Source: Candidatus Marinacidobacterales bacterium (GTDB lineage: Bacteria > Acidobacteriota > Vicinamibacteria > Marinacidobacterales > SMYC01). From it: DNA of 64,000 nucleotides. The position numbers and the translations under genes are program-made. The DNA is taken from positions 3,168,001 to 3,232,000 of the forward strand of contig OZ250169.1 in assembly GCA_965237955.1 (NCBI GenBank), read 5' to 3'. The notes below the pieces were generated by a model. That model saw only the letters and a list, made by a program, of their open reading frames with translations, was not told where the DNA came from and made no database searches. This document shows, piece by piece, positions 1-9,779 of the stretch (within the stretch, counting starts at the first letter, position 1; each line of letters starts with the position of its first letter).

Positions 1-267
1 CAATCCCTCGCTCTGCCTAGACGACAGATGAAACACCATGCCCAGGGTGACAGCCGTCTCGATGGCGTGGTTCGAGTACTTGCGTTGACGGCCCGGTTTC
101 CTCTTCCTCGGCCGGGGCGCGTCCCAGTTCACAAGCTTGCCGGCGGTGAGCGAGATCCAGACGGTCAGGCTCCCGCGGTTGCGTAGACCCGCCTCATATT
201 CACGCCAATTCCTCACGCGATAGGCCTTCTTCACATACTTCCGCTGAGTGCGTTTGAAAATGCTCAT
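1..267 (-). CDS. IS5-family (IS903-group) transposase, N-terminal part running off the window start
   Basis: Manual translation from ATG at 267: MSIFKRTQRKYVKKAYRVRNWREYEAGLRNRGSLTVWI..., with the NW-x-Y-x3-L-x2-RGSLT motif of IS903-group transposases. An IS903-like end, GCCTTGGTGCACAACTC, lies on the minus strand at ~316-332. Confidence 0.8.
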   Translation of the reverse strand, partial: MSIFKRTQRKYVKKAYRVRNWREYEAGLRNRGSLTVWISLTAGKLVNWDAPRPRKRKPGRQRKYSNHAIETAVTLGMVFHLSSRQSEGL

Positions 268-376
268 GGGGAACCTCGTATCCGCGAGTACAGGACAATT
301 GTGGACCGAGATCGCGAGTTGTGCACCAAGGCATTCTGGACGAACAGAGAAGTGTCACGAGCAGCACGTGACGGGT

Positions 377-1501
377 TCAATTCGAGCACACGAGCGGCGC
401 CTCATACTCGAGCGCGAGCAGCCGGAAGTAGTTCTCGCCCAGGGCGATGTTCCGGAAGGCGGCGTCGCTCAGATGCCGATTGATGCGGCTCGTGACCTCC
501 AGCTCCGTGCGGTAGACGTCGAGACCCTTGTCCCGCGACGCCAGGAAGTCTGTTCCAGGCAGAATCCGGTCGGAGTAGGCGTTCACGAACGGCACATACA
601 CCGCCCGGTCTTCCGGGGTCGCAAAGTGGGCGTCGTCAATCATTCGCCAGGAGAGGTCCAGCATCAGGTTCGGATGACGCTCCAGCATCGACATCATCAG
701 CTCAACGTGCCAGGCGGCGTCCATGGCGGTGAGCTCGCGCGACAGTCCCATGTGGACCCAGACGATCGCGTTGTCGGGATACAGGCGCAGCACCTCCTCC
801 ATCAGCGGCAGGTATCGGGTCGGGGCTTCGTCGTTTCCTAGGTCCGCATGGATGGCGAGCGGCATACCGCGTGCCCTCAACATCTCCATGAAGGGGGCCC
901 AGTCGCTGATGGTGGCCGGCGGGACCGGCTCGTGCCCGTTGTCGAACAAGGCCTGCTTCACGAGGTTGACCTCGCCCATCCACGTGAAGGCGCCGGGGTA
1001 TTCTTGCTCCAGGAGTTGCATCCCGGAGAGGATCGACGCAGGCTGCGACAGGTCTGGGAACGTCATCGAGAGCGTCAGGTGGGTGTCGGCCGGGGCCTTC
1101 GTCACGTAGTTGGCGGCGTTGACGAAGTCGTTCTTCAGCGTCGGCGTCACCAGCGTGCCGGGGCAGTCCAGGTAGTAGGTGCAGGAGGAGGTTGCCGGGA
1201 GCATCTGGCCGATGCCATAGACGTTGGCGAACAGGACGCCGGTCTCCTCGAAGTACTGCACGACCTCCTCGAACGGGATGGCGGGGCCGCCGAACGGGCG
1301 GAAGTGCACGTGGGTGTCGACCACTGAGGTCTGGGGCTGCACGGAGCGGTCGTAGCAGGGCGCATCGCCGCTTCGAAACATCTCCAGCGTCAGCCCGGGG
1401 GATGCGTCGATGGTCGTCGCGCCCTGCCAAGTGCAGCCGACGGCTCCTGACAGGCTCAGTGTCATGAGCAGCGGAAGGGTGTTGGTATCAACGACGCGCA
1501 T
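377..1501 (-). CDS. Amidohydrolase-family (TIM-barrel) protein with a signal/lipoprotein-like N-terminus
   Basis: 374-aa ORF with DTHVH metal motif, IHAD, WVHMG and late GTDF motifs. Confidence 0.75.
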   Translation of the reverse strand: MRVVDTNTLPLLMTLSLSGAVGCTWQGATTIDASPGLTLEMFRSGDAPCYDRSVQPQTSVVDTHVHFRPFGGPAIPFEEVVQYFEETGVLFANVYGIGQMLPATSSCTYYLDCPGTLVTPTLKNDFVNAANYVTKAPADTHLTLSMTFPDLSQPASILSGMQLLEQEYPGAFTWMGEVNLVKQALFDNGHEPVPPATISDWAPFMEMLRARGMPLAIHADLGNDEAPTRYLPLMEEVLRLYPDNAIVWVHMGLSRELTAMDAAWHVELMMSMLERHPNLMLDLSWRMIDDAHFATPEDRAVYVPFVNAYSDRILPGTDFLASRDKGLDVYRTELEVTSRINRHLSDAAFRNIALGENYFRLLALEYEAPLVCSN

Positions 1502-1789
1502 CGCACCAGTGTCCGCGATTTACCGTCCGGCACCGTGTTGGACAGCTGTCAGAATAGTGTGTGCGGGGGTCAACCGCAAGCCGCAGCGGCGCGTTGCCAG
1601 GTGCAAACCGCCGGTGCATGCCGTGGTCCGGGACAAGGAGTAGCGCTGGGAAAGGGAGACAGGGCTGAGATTCAGATCACCGTGGACCGAACGTTCGTGC
1701 CGGCGAATCTGAACGTGGACTCGCGCGACGCCCGCGAACTTGGCATTAAGGTCTACCATGCTGCCGTTGAACGCGACCCCGTCCTGTGC

Positions 1790-3234
1790 GGAGATGCCCC
1801 TGAGATAGTTGAAGGTTAGGAGTGGCGGCTCCTAAGGCCGGGTTCGATAGAATCCGGCTGTGAAGGAAAAAGAAAGGAGCCACCACGATGTCAAATCACC
1901 AAATCATCGATGCGAAGAACAGGAAGAAGCTTCGAGAGATACTGAGCTCGAAGGGGCAAGCTCTGTTGCCGTTCTTGGATGCGATTGAGCGAACCGAGAT
2001 AGCGATCGACGAAGTGATCGACGTTGCTGGCCGAGCGACGATCGAAGCGGTCTTGGATCTGTCAGCCCAAAGTGTGGCTGGGGAGAAACACCTGGGGAAG
2101 AAGGGTAGCGATGTTCGCTGGCACGGCCGGCAGGGTGGCGTAGTAAGCCTTGCGGAGCGGAAGTTGAGAGTGAGCCGGCCACGTCTGCGGCGTAAGGGAA
2201 AGGCAGAGGGAGGGGAGGTTGCGATTCCTGCCTACGAAGCGGTGAACAACTCGTCTCGGCTGAGCCAACGCATCTGGGAAATCCTGATGCTGGGTGTGTC
2301 GACGCGCAAGTACGCGTCGGTTCTTCCCGAGATGGCGGAGACGGTAGGGGTTAGCAAGAGCGAGGTGAGCCGTGAGTTCGTGGAAGCAAGCGCGGAGCAG
2401 TTGCAGGGGCTGATGGAGCATCCGCTGGACGAGCTGGAGATCGCGGTCGTGTACCTGGACGGGATTCGCTTCGGCGTGCACCACGCGCTGGCGGCAATCG
2501 GCGTAGATACAGAGGGATACAAGCATGTTCTGGGGCTTCGGGATGGAGCATCGGAGAACCAGATAGTGTGCAAGGCGCTGCTGGAGGACCTGGTCGAACG
2601 AGGCCTGAGCCCAGAGCGGTGTCGGCTGTTCGTGATCGATGGCTCCAAGGCGCTACGGGTCGCCGTCGACGCTGTGTTCGGTACCCACAACAAGGTCCAG
2701 CGTTGCAGGAAGCACAAGGAGCGCAATGTGCTCGGTTATCTGCCGCAGGAGCTGAAGCCGCAAGTGCAAGCGAGCCTGCGTTCGGCCTGGCAGCTCCCAG
2801 CAAAGAAGGGCAAAGCGCGGTTGGAGCAACAGGCGAAGTGGCTCGAGGACGACTACCCCTCGGCGGCGGAGAGCATCCGGGAGGGGCTCGACGAGATGTT
2901 CACCATCAACGAGCTCGACCTCCCCGCATCTCTGAAACGCTGCCTTGGATCGACGAACATCATCGAGTCGTGCTTCAGCGGTGCGCGAGGTCGTACCCGT
3001 CGCGTCACCCGCTGGCGCAATGGCAAGATGGTTCTGAGATGGGCCGCTTCGGCTCTGCTCGCCACGGAGAAAAATTTCCGTCGTATCATTGGATACCAAT
3101 CGCTACCGATCCTCGAAGCGAAGTTAGCGGAGGTCACTGAGAATCAAGCGCTCGACAAGCACGCCAAAGTCGGGTAAACCATGTGTCAGGAGCCGCCACC
3201 ACCTCGAACCTTCAACTATGGTGGGGGCACCTCC
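1790..3234 (+). mobile_element. IS256-family insertion sequence
   Basis: Imperfect IRs GGAGATGCCCCTGAGATAGTTGAAGGTT / AACCTTCAACTATGGTGGGGGCACCTCC. 8-bp target duplication TCCTGTGC at 1782-1789 and 3235-3242. It is inserted in an rve-element terminus (CCCGTCCTGTGC|CAAAACTCGGCCC). Confidence 0.92.
1888..3177 (+). CDS. IS256-family (mutator) transposase
   Basis: 429 aa with GVSTR, YLDG, IDGSKAL, QRCxxHK and STNIIE motifs. Confidence 0.92.
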   Translation: MSNHQIIDAKNRKKLREILSSKGQALLPFLDAIERTEIAIDEVIDVAGRATIEAVLDLSAQSVAGEKHLGKKGSDVRWHGRQGGVVSLAERKLRVSRPRLRRKGKAEGGEVAIPAYEAVNNSSRLSQRIWEILMLGVSTRKYASVLPEMAETVGVSKSEVSREFVEASAEQLQGLMEHPLDELEIAVVYLDGIRFGVHHALAAIGVDTEGYKHVLGLRDGASENQIVCKALLEDLVERGLSPERCRLFVIDGSKALRVAVDAVFGTHNKVQRCRKHKERNVLGYLPQELKPQVQASLRSAWQLPAKKGKARLEQQAKWLEDDYPSAAESIREGLDEMFTINELDLPASLKRCLGSTNIIESCFSGARGRTRRVTRWRNGKMVLRWAASALLATEKNFRRIIGYQSLPILEAKLAEVTENQALDKHAKVG

Positions 3235-3421
3235 TCCTGTGCCAAAACTCGGCCCTTTTTGAAATAGACCATCAGTGTCATGAATTGACGGACACGAGCT
3301 ACCTTCAAAAGGCGTGGAAATGAAAGTAAAGGAATTGGAATCCTTCGTTCAAAGGGAAACCGTAGTACCCTAAGAAGCGTCTTTCAATGCAGAAGGGGGC
3401 AGTGCCATTTGGAGGAGGACT

Positions 3422-3674
3422 ATGGCCAAAGCGCGAGTGTTGACGAGGTCGGAACTAGCCGAGCATTTGGGCGTCGATAAACAGATGGTAACAAAATGGG
3501 AGCGGTCTGGGATGCCGGTCCACACTAGAGGGCGCGGCGTGGCGTCTCAATTCCGTCTGCGGGAAGTCCGGGCGTGGCTAAAGGTGCGGGAAGCCAAGGC
3601 CAAAGGCGGCGGAGAAGGCAAAGGTGCGAGAAGCCAAAGCGGCAGAGAAGGCGAAGAAGACAGCGAAGCAATAA
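3422..3674 (+). pseudogene. Nu1-like (terminase small subunit/excisionase) HTH protein, frameshifted copy
   Basis: ELAEHLGVDKQMVTKWERSGMP...FRLREVRAW. Close paralogue of 20785-21036, with an extra base near 3603 that shifts the AEKAK tail. Confidence 0.65.
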
Positions 3675-3695
3675 GACGCGGCGGCGATGAGACAA

Positions 3696-4483
3696 GTCTG
3701 ACTGCGCGAGTCCTTGGAACTCGGTAGTCTCTCGGTACCGGTTGCCAACGACGCTGCTCGGGGAGCGCGATGACGTCGTACTCATGGCATTCGGTGACGA
3801 GTGCCTCTTCGAAACTGCGAAAGCTGTCGACGGCTTGCTTGCCCAGATGGGACAGCAGGGTATTGTCAAAGTTAAGCAAAATCGGGCTGACCGATCCCCA
3901 ACATGCCGGGTTCACGACACTTCCCCTGATCGTCACGGATGGGCTCGATTTCTACGAAAAGGTCGTCCGTCGCGTCTTCGGGCCGGCTTGTCTCTATGGC
4001 CAAGTCCTCAAGACGCGTAGGAACGATCGTGTCGTCAAGGTCGAACGACGGGCCATTCATGGAGCTGCGTGGCGATTCGAAGAAGCGCTCAATAACTCCG
4101 AGGACTCTTTCGACATTGAATACCTCCTTCATCGAGCGACTGAATCTGACCATCCGGCAAAGCTCGGCATACCTTTCGAGACGAACGCTTTCCCACGCTC
4201 GCTCGACGGAGAGGCTCGATGAGCACCTGGAGTTGCTCCGTTGCTATTACAATTTCGTCCGACCGCACGGAACTCTGAAGTTCGGACGTGAGATCCGAAC
4301 TCCGGCTATGCAGGCCGGTCTGACCACGCGACGGCTCACCTTTCGAGACATCTTCTTGGCGACAACGATTCCTTTGTGGTCGCGGATCGAGGTTTTCTTG
4401 CTCACTGGGAGGCGCAACCTGGTCTCTTCCGCACCTGTACCACTGCCCGCAGCCGCGTAGCAACATTTGATGGAGGAAGCACC
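3696..4483 (+). mobile_element. IS1-family element, 3' part: frameshifted transposase remnant plus right IR
   Basis: TDGLDFY, TSFIERLNLT, YYNFVRPH and TPAMQAGLT motifs. The stop at 4458-4460 is followed directly by the IR CAACATTTGATGGAGGAAGCACC (4461-4483). Confidence 0.75.
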
Positions 4484-5534
4484 GCTCAGCCCGCATTCAT
4501 GCGGACCGCGGACCGCGGACCGCAGCATGCAGTATATGGTGCCAAGGATCGTCACGAGTACCCTGGGCTCCAAAGTTTAGGAGGATATACCTTGTTGAAG
4601 AACGGCATGTTGACATTCCTTGTTTTCACTCTTTGGTCGGTGCCGACCGCGGCGGTGCCCGCTGCCGAGGAGCCGGACGTGGAGACCGCCGCTCTCGAAG
4701 CTGAGATCCGCCAGGAGTTGTCTTTGCTACACTCGCGTCTGTTAAAAGCTCGAGGCGCTTTTGGACTCGTTGCAGGCAGGCAGTGGAGCCTCCGAAGTCG
4801 CACCCGGCGGGGACTCAGGTAAAACCGCCGTGGACGAGGCCGTTCCTCCCGCCCCGAAGCCCGCCATCTCTGGTCGTAGCGATCAGAAGCTGTCCAGGGG
4901 CGTGGCAAGCAGCGGAGGCCAGGCGATCTCGTTCACCGGCTTGCTTGACACCTATTTCACGTACAATACCAACAGTCCACCAGACGGCCACAACACGCTG
5001 TACTACACGAATCCGAATGCGCGGGGCTTCGGCTTAAATCAAGCCAAGATCGAGATCGACGCCAGCGGCGACGGGCCCATCGGATTCCGTTCCGACATCT
5101 GGTTCGGCTCCGGGGCGCGCCTGTTCCGAGACGGTCTTGAGCCGGGTCCACTCGAGGATGTGCTGTACCTGCAACAGGCGTATGGCTACTACCAGTTCTC
5201 GAACGGAGCGCAGCTCGATGTTGGCCTGTTTGGCACGATTGCTGGCCTGGAAGTGGCCGAGTCACACCTGAACTGGAACTACACCCGAGGCATCCTGTGG
5301 GCTTGGAACGAGCCCTTCTCGCACCTTGGCGCTCGGCTCAGCATGCCGATGACGGACACGTTCACGTCGACCGTCATGCTTGTCAACGGCTTCGACAACG
5401 CCTGGGATCAGAATACCGGCAAGTCGTACGGTCTGCAAGGTTCCTTCGCTCCAAACGATGGCTTCAACACGACCTTGACCTGGATTAATGGACCGGAGAA
5501 TTGGGGCACGAACGAAGGCTGGCTCAAGAACCTC

Positions 5535-6938
5535 CTAAGAAACTACCGCCTGAACGACGTCGCCCGTTTGAGTGTCGATGAGAGCGAAACCGAGGTCAGC
5601 GGCGCGTTGGGTCAGGCGGCGCACGGCACGGGAGCGATCTTGAGCGTTGTAGGCGGCGGCCCCGGGGTCTTGATAGACGAGCCCATCCTTGAGAGTGCGG
5701 TAGACGAGAATGGCGAGCTTTCGAGCGGTGGCGGTGATGGCTTTGGATTTACCGACGCGATAGGCGAGACGTCGATAGTAGGCGCCGAGAGCGGTCTGTG
5801 TACGCCCGAGGCTGAGTGCGGCCATGCGGAGAATGCCAGCGGCGCGGTTTGCAGAGGGTTGTGTTTTCGAGCTGAGGAGTCGCCCGCCGGAGATTTTGTT
5901 ATTGGGCGCGAGGGTAAGCCAGGAAGTGAAGTGCTTTTCAGTAGGCCATCGGTTCATATCGGTACCGATCTCGGCGAGCAAGCGAAGCGCGGAATAGGGT
6001 CCGATGGCGTCGATCTGGGAGAGGTCGACCCCGGCGATCTGGTGGAGGAGAGGCCGGAGCTCGAACCGAGGTTCGTTCACTCGGGGCTTGCGCGATTTTC
6101 GAGGCGGTGGCAAGGAGGTGTTCGGGGTTGAGCGTTGAGCTAGAAGCTGCAGGTGCGATTCGATGGCCACGTCACAGGTTTGGATCTGGAGCTGAAAAGC
6201 ATCAAAGAGTTCGAGGTTCTGCTTGAGAGCGAAGAGGTGCTCGGGGCGATAGTTGCCGGTGAGTGCAGCGGCGATCTCGGCCTCGGAGGACTGACAACGG
6301 TGGTCACGGTGCTTAGCGAGCCGATGGGGGTCGGTTTGTCCGGCAACGATGTCTCGTAGAATCCGCATGCCAGTGACACCCGTGATATCAGTGACCACAA
6401 GGTGGAGTTGAAGATTCATTTGCACGAGAGCCTTCTGCATGCGCTGGATATGGGTTACCGCACTCTGAACGAGAGTCTCTCGGTGGCGGAGGTAGCCACG
6501 CAGGGCGGTGATGGCTGCTTCGGGTCGAAAGCTTCCGCGGAGCAACCCCACGCTGTGCAACTCCCGGAGCCATTCGCAATCGCTGACATCGCTCTTGCGC
6601 CCCGGGACGTTTTTGACGAGGCGCGCGTTGACCAAGAGGACCTGGAAGCCACGGGCTTCGAGGATTTCATACAGGGCGATCCAGTAGACGCCGGTCGACT
6701 CCATCGCGACGCTCGTCACGCCGCAAGTCGCGAGCCAGTCGGCGAGCCGATGAAGATCGGCCGTGAAACTCCTGAAGGAACGGACCGGTTTAGGATCGCG
6801 CTCCGGTGGAACTGCGACGAAATGCTCGGCCGAGCCGCAATCGATCCCAGCGACATTCACGTTGATTTGCTTCAGGAGGGATGGAGAAGTCCGCTTCTTG
6901 GGTTGACGACGATTGTGCTTCATCAGATGCTCCTTCAT
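5535..6938 (-). CDS. IS110 DEDD recombinase/transposase
   Basis: GIDC, MESTG and KSDVSD (RuvC-like DEDD) motifs, plus the C-terminal ISGG serine motif and A-x-ARKL. Confidence 0.93.
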   Translation of the reverse strand: MKEHLMKHNRRQPKKRTSPSLLKQINVNVAGIDCGSAEHFVAVPPERDPKPVRSFRSFTADLHRLADWLATCGVTSVAMESTGVYWIALYEILEARGFQVLLVNARLVKNVPGRKSDVSDCEWLRELHSVGLLRGSFRPEAAITALRGYLRHRETLVQSAVTHIQRMQKALVQMNLQLHLVVTDITGVTGMRILRDIVAGQTDPHRLAKHRDHRCQSSEAEIAAALTGNYRPEHLFALKQNLELFDAFQLQIQTCDVAIESHLQLLAQRSTPNTSLPPPRKSRKPRVNEPRFELRPLLHQIAGVDLSQIDAIGPYSALRLLAEIGTDMNRWPTEKHFTSWLTLAPNNKISGGRLLSSKTQPSANRAAGILRMAALSLGRTQTALGAYYRRLAYRVGKSKAITATARKLAILVYRTLKDGLVYQDPGAAAYNAQDRSRAVRRLTQRAADLGFALIDTQTGDVVQAVVS

Positions 6939-6946
6939 ACTTCGTG

Positions 6947-7102
6947 AAGCATCCGGGAACAGGGATGGGCATTCGTTACATTCTCCTAAACGGGATCACG
7001 CTCACGCGTGTCACCACTGACAGTGCCGAAACATCCCCGGGCCATGCTTAGTTACGGGCTGGATCGCACCAGTGTTGAGTCGGCCTCGGTTCCCGGATGC
7101 TC
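6947..7102 (-). ncRNA. Predicted bridge RNA of IS110-A
   Basis: Closed by a 13-bp perfect IR (6948-6960 / 7089-7101), downstream of a minus-strand TACAAT (7108-7113). Contains, in order, guides CAACACU, AACUAAG, GAUGUU and UUAGGAG, which match the reconstructed target and donor. Confidence 0.72.
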
Positions 7103-8062
7103 CCGCTATTGTATGAAACGGACGCTCCGTGCAGCACTGGAGTTTCTACCCAGATAGATCGCGAGCCCTGCGCGTACGATGCTTAGTTGGAACGCCTACA
7201 AGATGCTGCACGAGCGGTTGGAGTTCATGGCCAACCTCGATTACATCCAGGCCAACGATCCAGAGTTCGGCAGCGCGATATCCTGGGGCATGGGCGGGTA
7301 CGCCCGCGGGCATGTCTCGGACCAGGTGCGCATCGCCTACCGCTTCGAATTCATGGACGACACCGATGCGCGGTCGACCGGATTCAAGCAGAACCTCCGG
7401 GAGAACACGTTCACGCTCGAGGTCCAGCCTGTGAAGGACGACCCACGCTTTCTGACGCGTATCGAATACCGCCGTGACTGGTCCGACCTCCCGTTCTTCA
7501 CCTGCGGCAGCTGCGCGAGTGGCATGGCGACGAAACAGGACACGTTCACGGTTGGTATGATGTGGGTCTTCGGACCCAGGCAATAGGGGTCGCCCGACGG
7601 CACGGGGCTGGGAGGGTGCCTTTTGAGAGCGTTGAGGTTGCGAACGTCCCGGAATAAGTTGCCTCGTGCGGGACGAAGATGAGGGCGCGAAAGGTGTGTG
7701 ATTTGTGCACATCGTTCAACGAGGTCCGTGGTCGGTGACCACGAAGCCCCCGGGCGGCTTGCGATGGAAGTCCGAGAGGTTGGTGAAGGATCGTTCTTTT
7801 TTCGCAGAAGCTTTCGCGGATGAAACGGGTAGCCCTTTTCTCGTTGGCTCGGCCTGAGAGGAGGCTTGGGACTGGAAGGTGGAAAAACATACCTGCTCCG
7901 CCAGCCACTCGCCGAGCGCCGACTTTGAGGTTGTCGTAGAACCAGCTACCTTTGGACATCCGGTGCTTCTGCCATCAAGTGATGGAATGGACTCCTCCGC
8001 TGACATAGACGGCATCGATGTGCCAAAGTCAGTCGAATACGCATCGAAAAGGAGGAGTCCGA

Positions 8063-9098
8063 ATGAAAGATACGACGATCGCTGTGGATCTTGCAAAGAA
8101 CGTCTTCGAGATTGCCATCTCGGGAGAAGCGGGGAAGGTGTCCAAGCGACTCCGTGTGAGTCGACCCAAATTGGTGTCGTTCTTTGCCAAACAGAGCGCT
8201 GCCACCGTGCTTCTCGAAGCCTGCGGCTCGGCTCACTTCTGGGCAAGGACGTTCCGAAGGTTGGGACAACGACGTCGTCCTGCTCCCACCTCACCTCGTG
8301 AGGCCGTATCGACGCGGGAGCAAGAACGACCGCGCCGACACGAAGGCGTTGCTCGAGGCCTACAGGAACGAGGAGCTTCTTCCCGTACCCATCAAGTCCG
8401 TGCACCAGCACACCCTCGCCGCGCTCCATCGCCTGCGCTCAGGATGGCTCTCCACACGGACCGCACGCATCAATGCCGTACGCGGGATCCTGCGCGAACT
8501 CGGATTCATCATCCCAAAGGGCGCTCACTTCGTCGTGCCCGCCCTCTTCGAACTCGTCGAAGACGCTGATTCTGATTTGCCCGACGTGCTCCGTTCGCAT
8601 CTCCGTGATGCCTGCTCCGAGATTCGAGAACTCAAGGACAAGTGCGCTGGCATCGAGCACGAGCTCAAGGCGCTCACCAAGCAGCTTCCTGAAGTCCAAC
8701 GACTTCTCGCCATTCCCGGCATCGGACTTCTGACCGCGACCGCCATCGTGGGCTTCGTCGGCGATCTTCGCCGCTTCCCATCGGGGCGCCGCTTCTCGAG
8801 CTACCTCGGCCTGGTTCCCAAGGAAAACTCCAGTGGCGACATTCGCCGCCTCGGACGCATCACCAAGCGTGGCGACTCCTACCTGCGTATGCTCCTCACC
8901 CAGGGCGGGCGCGCCGTGCTCCGCGCGGCGAACGTCAGTAAGAGCCCGCCCGACAAGCTCCGCGCCTGGGCTCGGAAGGTCCACCGCTCGCGGGGACACA
9001 ACAAGGCCGTGATTGCTGTCGCCAACAAACTCGCCCGGATCGTCTGGGCCGTCTCCACCCGCGAGGGTGAATTCCAGTCGGTGCCCGTGGCCGTTTAG
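8063..9098 (+). pseudogene. IS1111-group transposase with a frameshift near 8265
   Basis: MKDTTIAVDLAKNVF...EACGSAHFW in one frame, then KNDRAD...SSG...VANKLARI in another. Confidence 0.88.
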
Positions 9099-9159
9099 AG
9101 GTTCCACTTTCGTGTTTTCTTTTTTCCCTTCCAAAAGAGGCTGCGACGATACCCATCCA

Positions 9160-9330
9160 ACTGATGGCGTACCGGTCGGACCGGCGCGGGGTCAAGCCGA
9201 TAGCAACACTGGCCCTAAGAGGTCGTTCAAAGTGATTGGCTCCTCGCGCGCGGATTTTCCATCATGGCCCGGAGCACCCAAGACGCTCCTCACTGAGGCC
9301 GAAGATACGTTTGCAGTCTGACCCACTCGT
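9160..9330 (+). ncRNA. Predicted bridge/seek RNA of IS1111-B (boundaries approximate)
   Basis: Guides TAGCAACACT (9201-9210), AAGTGAT (9230-9236), TTCCATCAT (9257-9265) and AGATACGTT (9303-9311) match the target, donor and junction sequences. Near-identical copy at 24941-25156. Confidence 0.72.
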
Positions 9331-9635
9331 CACGACGCGATGGATGCGCAGCTTCGATGGAAGATTTATTAAGAAAGGGGCTTGACTAGAGGAGTCCAGA
9401 TATGTTGCTACGCCGCATTTGAATGCTAGTGCCGGTTGGCCTGCGTGTGTCGGCGAACGCCATCGCGTCTAATAAGTGGTGTCGGCGTGCACACGAAGAT
9501 GTCCCTGAACGTCAGGCACCGCGTGGTCAGCCCAGCCGGCATCGCCGACAGAACTACGTCTCTCGAAATCAGGCTCAAACTCTAGCACGCGAGCGGGTTA
9601 CGCGGCAGTCACCAACACTTGATTGCGGAAGCACC

Positions 9636-9779
9636 GACTTTGCCCCGCAACGGACAGGCGCGATTGAGACATCTGCGATTTTTCACTTTGGATCGGCCCT
9701 GACCACGAGAGAACAGTGTCCTCGAAATTCTGGCTCAAACTCTAGCACGCAGGGGGGTTAGGGACTGGCCGCCAACACT
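9636..9779 (-). mobile_element. IS1-family left-end remnant; its IR continues at 14439-14454 after the IS110-A insertion
   Basis: Minus strand encodes VKNRRCLNRACPLRGK (InsA-like Zn finger start). Shares GGCTCAAACTCTAGCACGC with 9572-9590. Confidence 0.6.

Larger units (their letters stand above)
5534..7183 (-). mobile_element. IS110-group element A, complete copy
   Basis: No terminal IRs. A CT core is present at both junctions (5532-5533, 7182-7183). Boundaries are confirmed by the second copy at 9780-14438. Confidence 0.92.
4592..7586 (+). pseudogene. Outer-membrane beta-barrel porin (OmpL-like/bbp2 type) interrupted by IS110
   Basis: RBS AGGAGG then TTG at 4592, frameshift near 4740, and motifs LQQAY and NWNYTR. 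Removing 5534-7183 restores in-frame KNLSWNAYK through to the C-terminal EYRRDWSD. Confidence 0.8.
7982..9404 (+). mobile_element. IS110-family, IS1111-group element B
   Basis: Sub-terminal IRs TGGACTCCTC (7988-7997) / GAGGAGTCCA (9389-9398). TG core at both junctions (7980-7981, 9403-9404). Long 3' non-coding end. Confidence 0.9.
7962..9635 (-). mobile_element. Non-autonomous IS1-family derivative (~250 bp) whose right IR is split by an IS1111 element
   Basis: IRs GGTGCTTCTGCCATCAAGTG|TTG and CAACACTTGATTGCGGAAGCACC. The internal minus strand encodes AMPAGLTTRCLTFRDIF, matching the transposase tail near 4300. Confidence 0.75.

Noticed and set aside
4761-6131. 456-aa porin
   Set aside because: The sequence after 5533 is read-through into the antisense strand of IS110.
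9613-9635. dif/Xer site suggested by the GGTGC start
   Set aside because: No TTATGTTAAA-like XerD arm. The motif pairs as terminal IRs and directly follows an IS1-type transposase stop.
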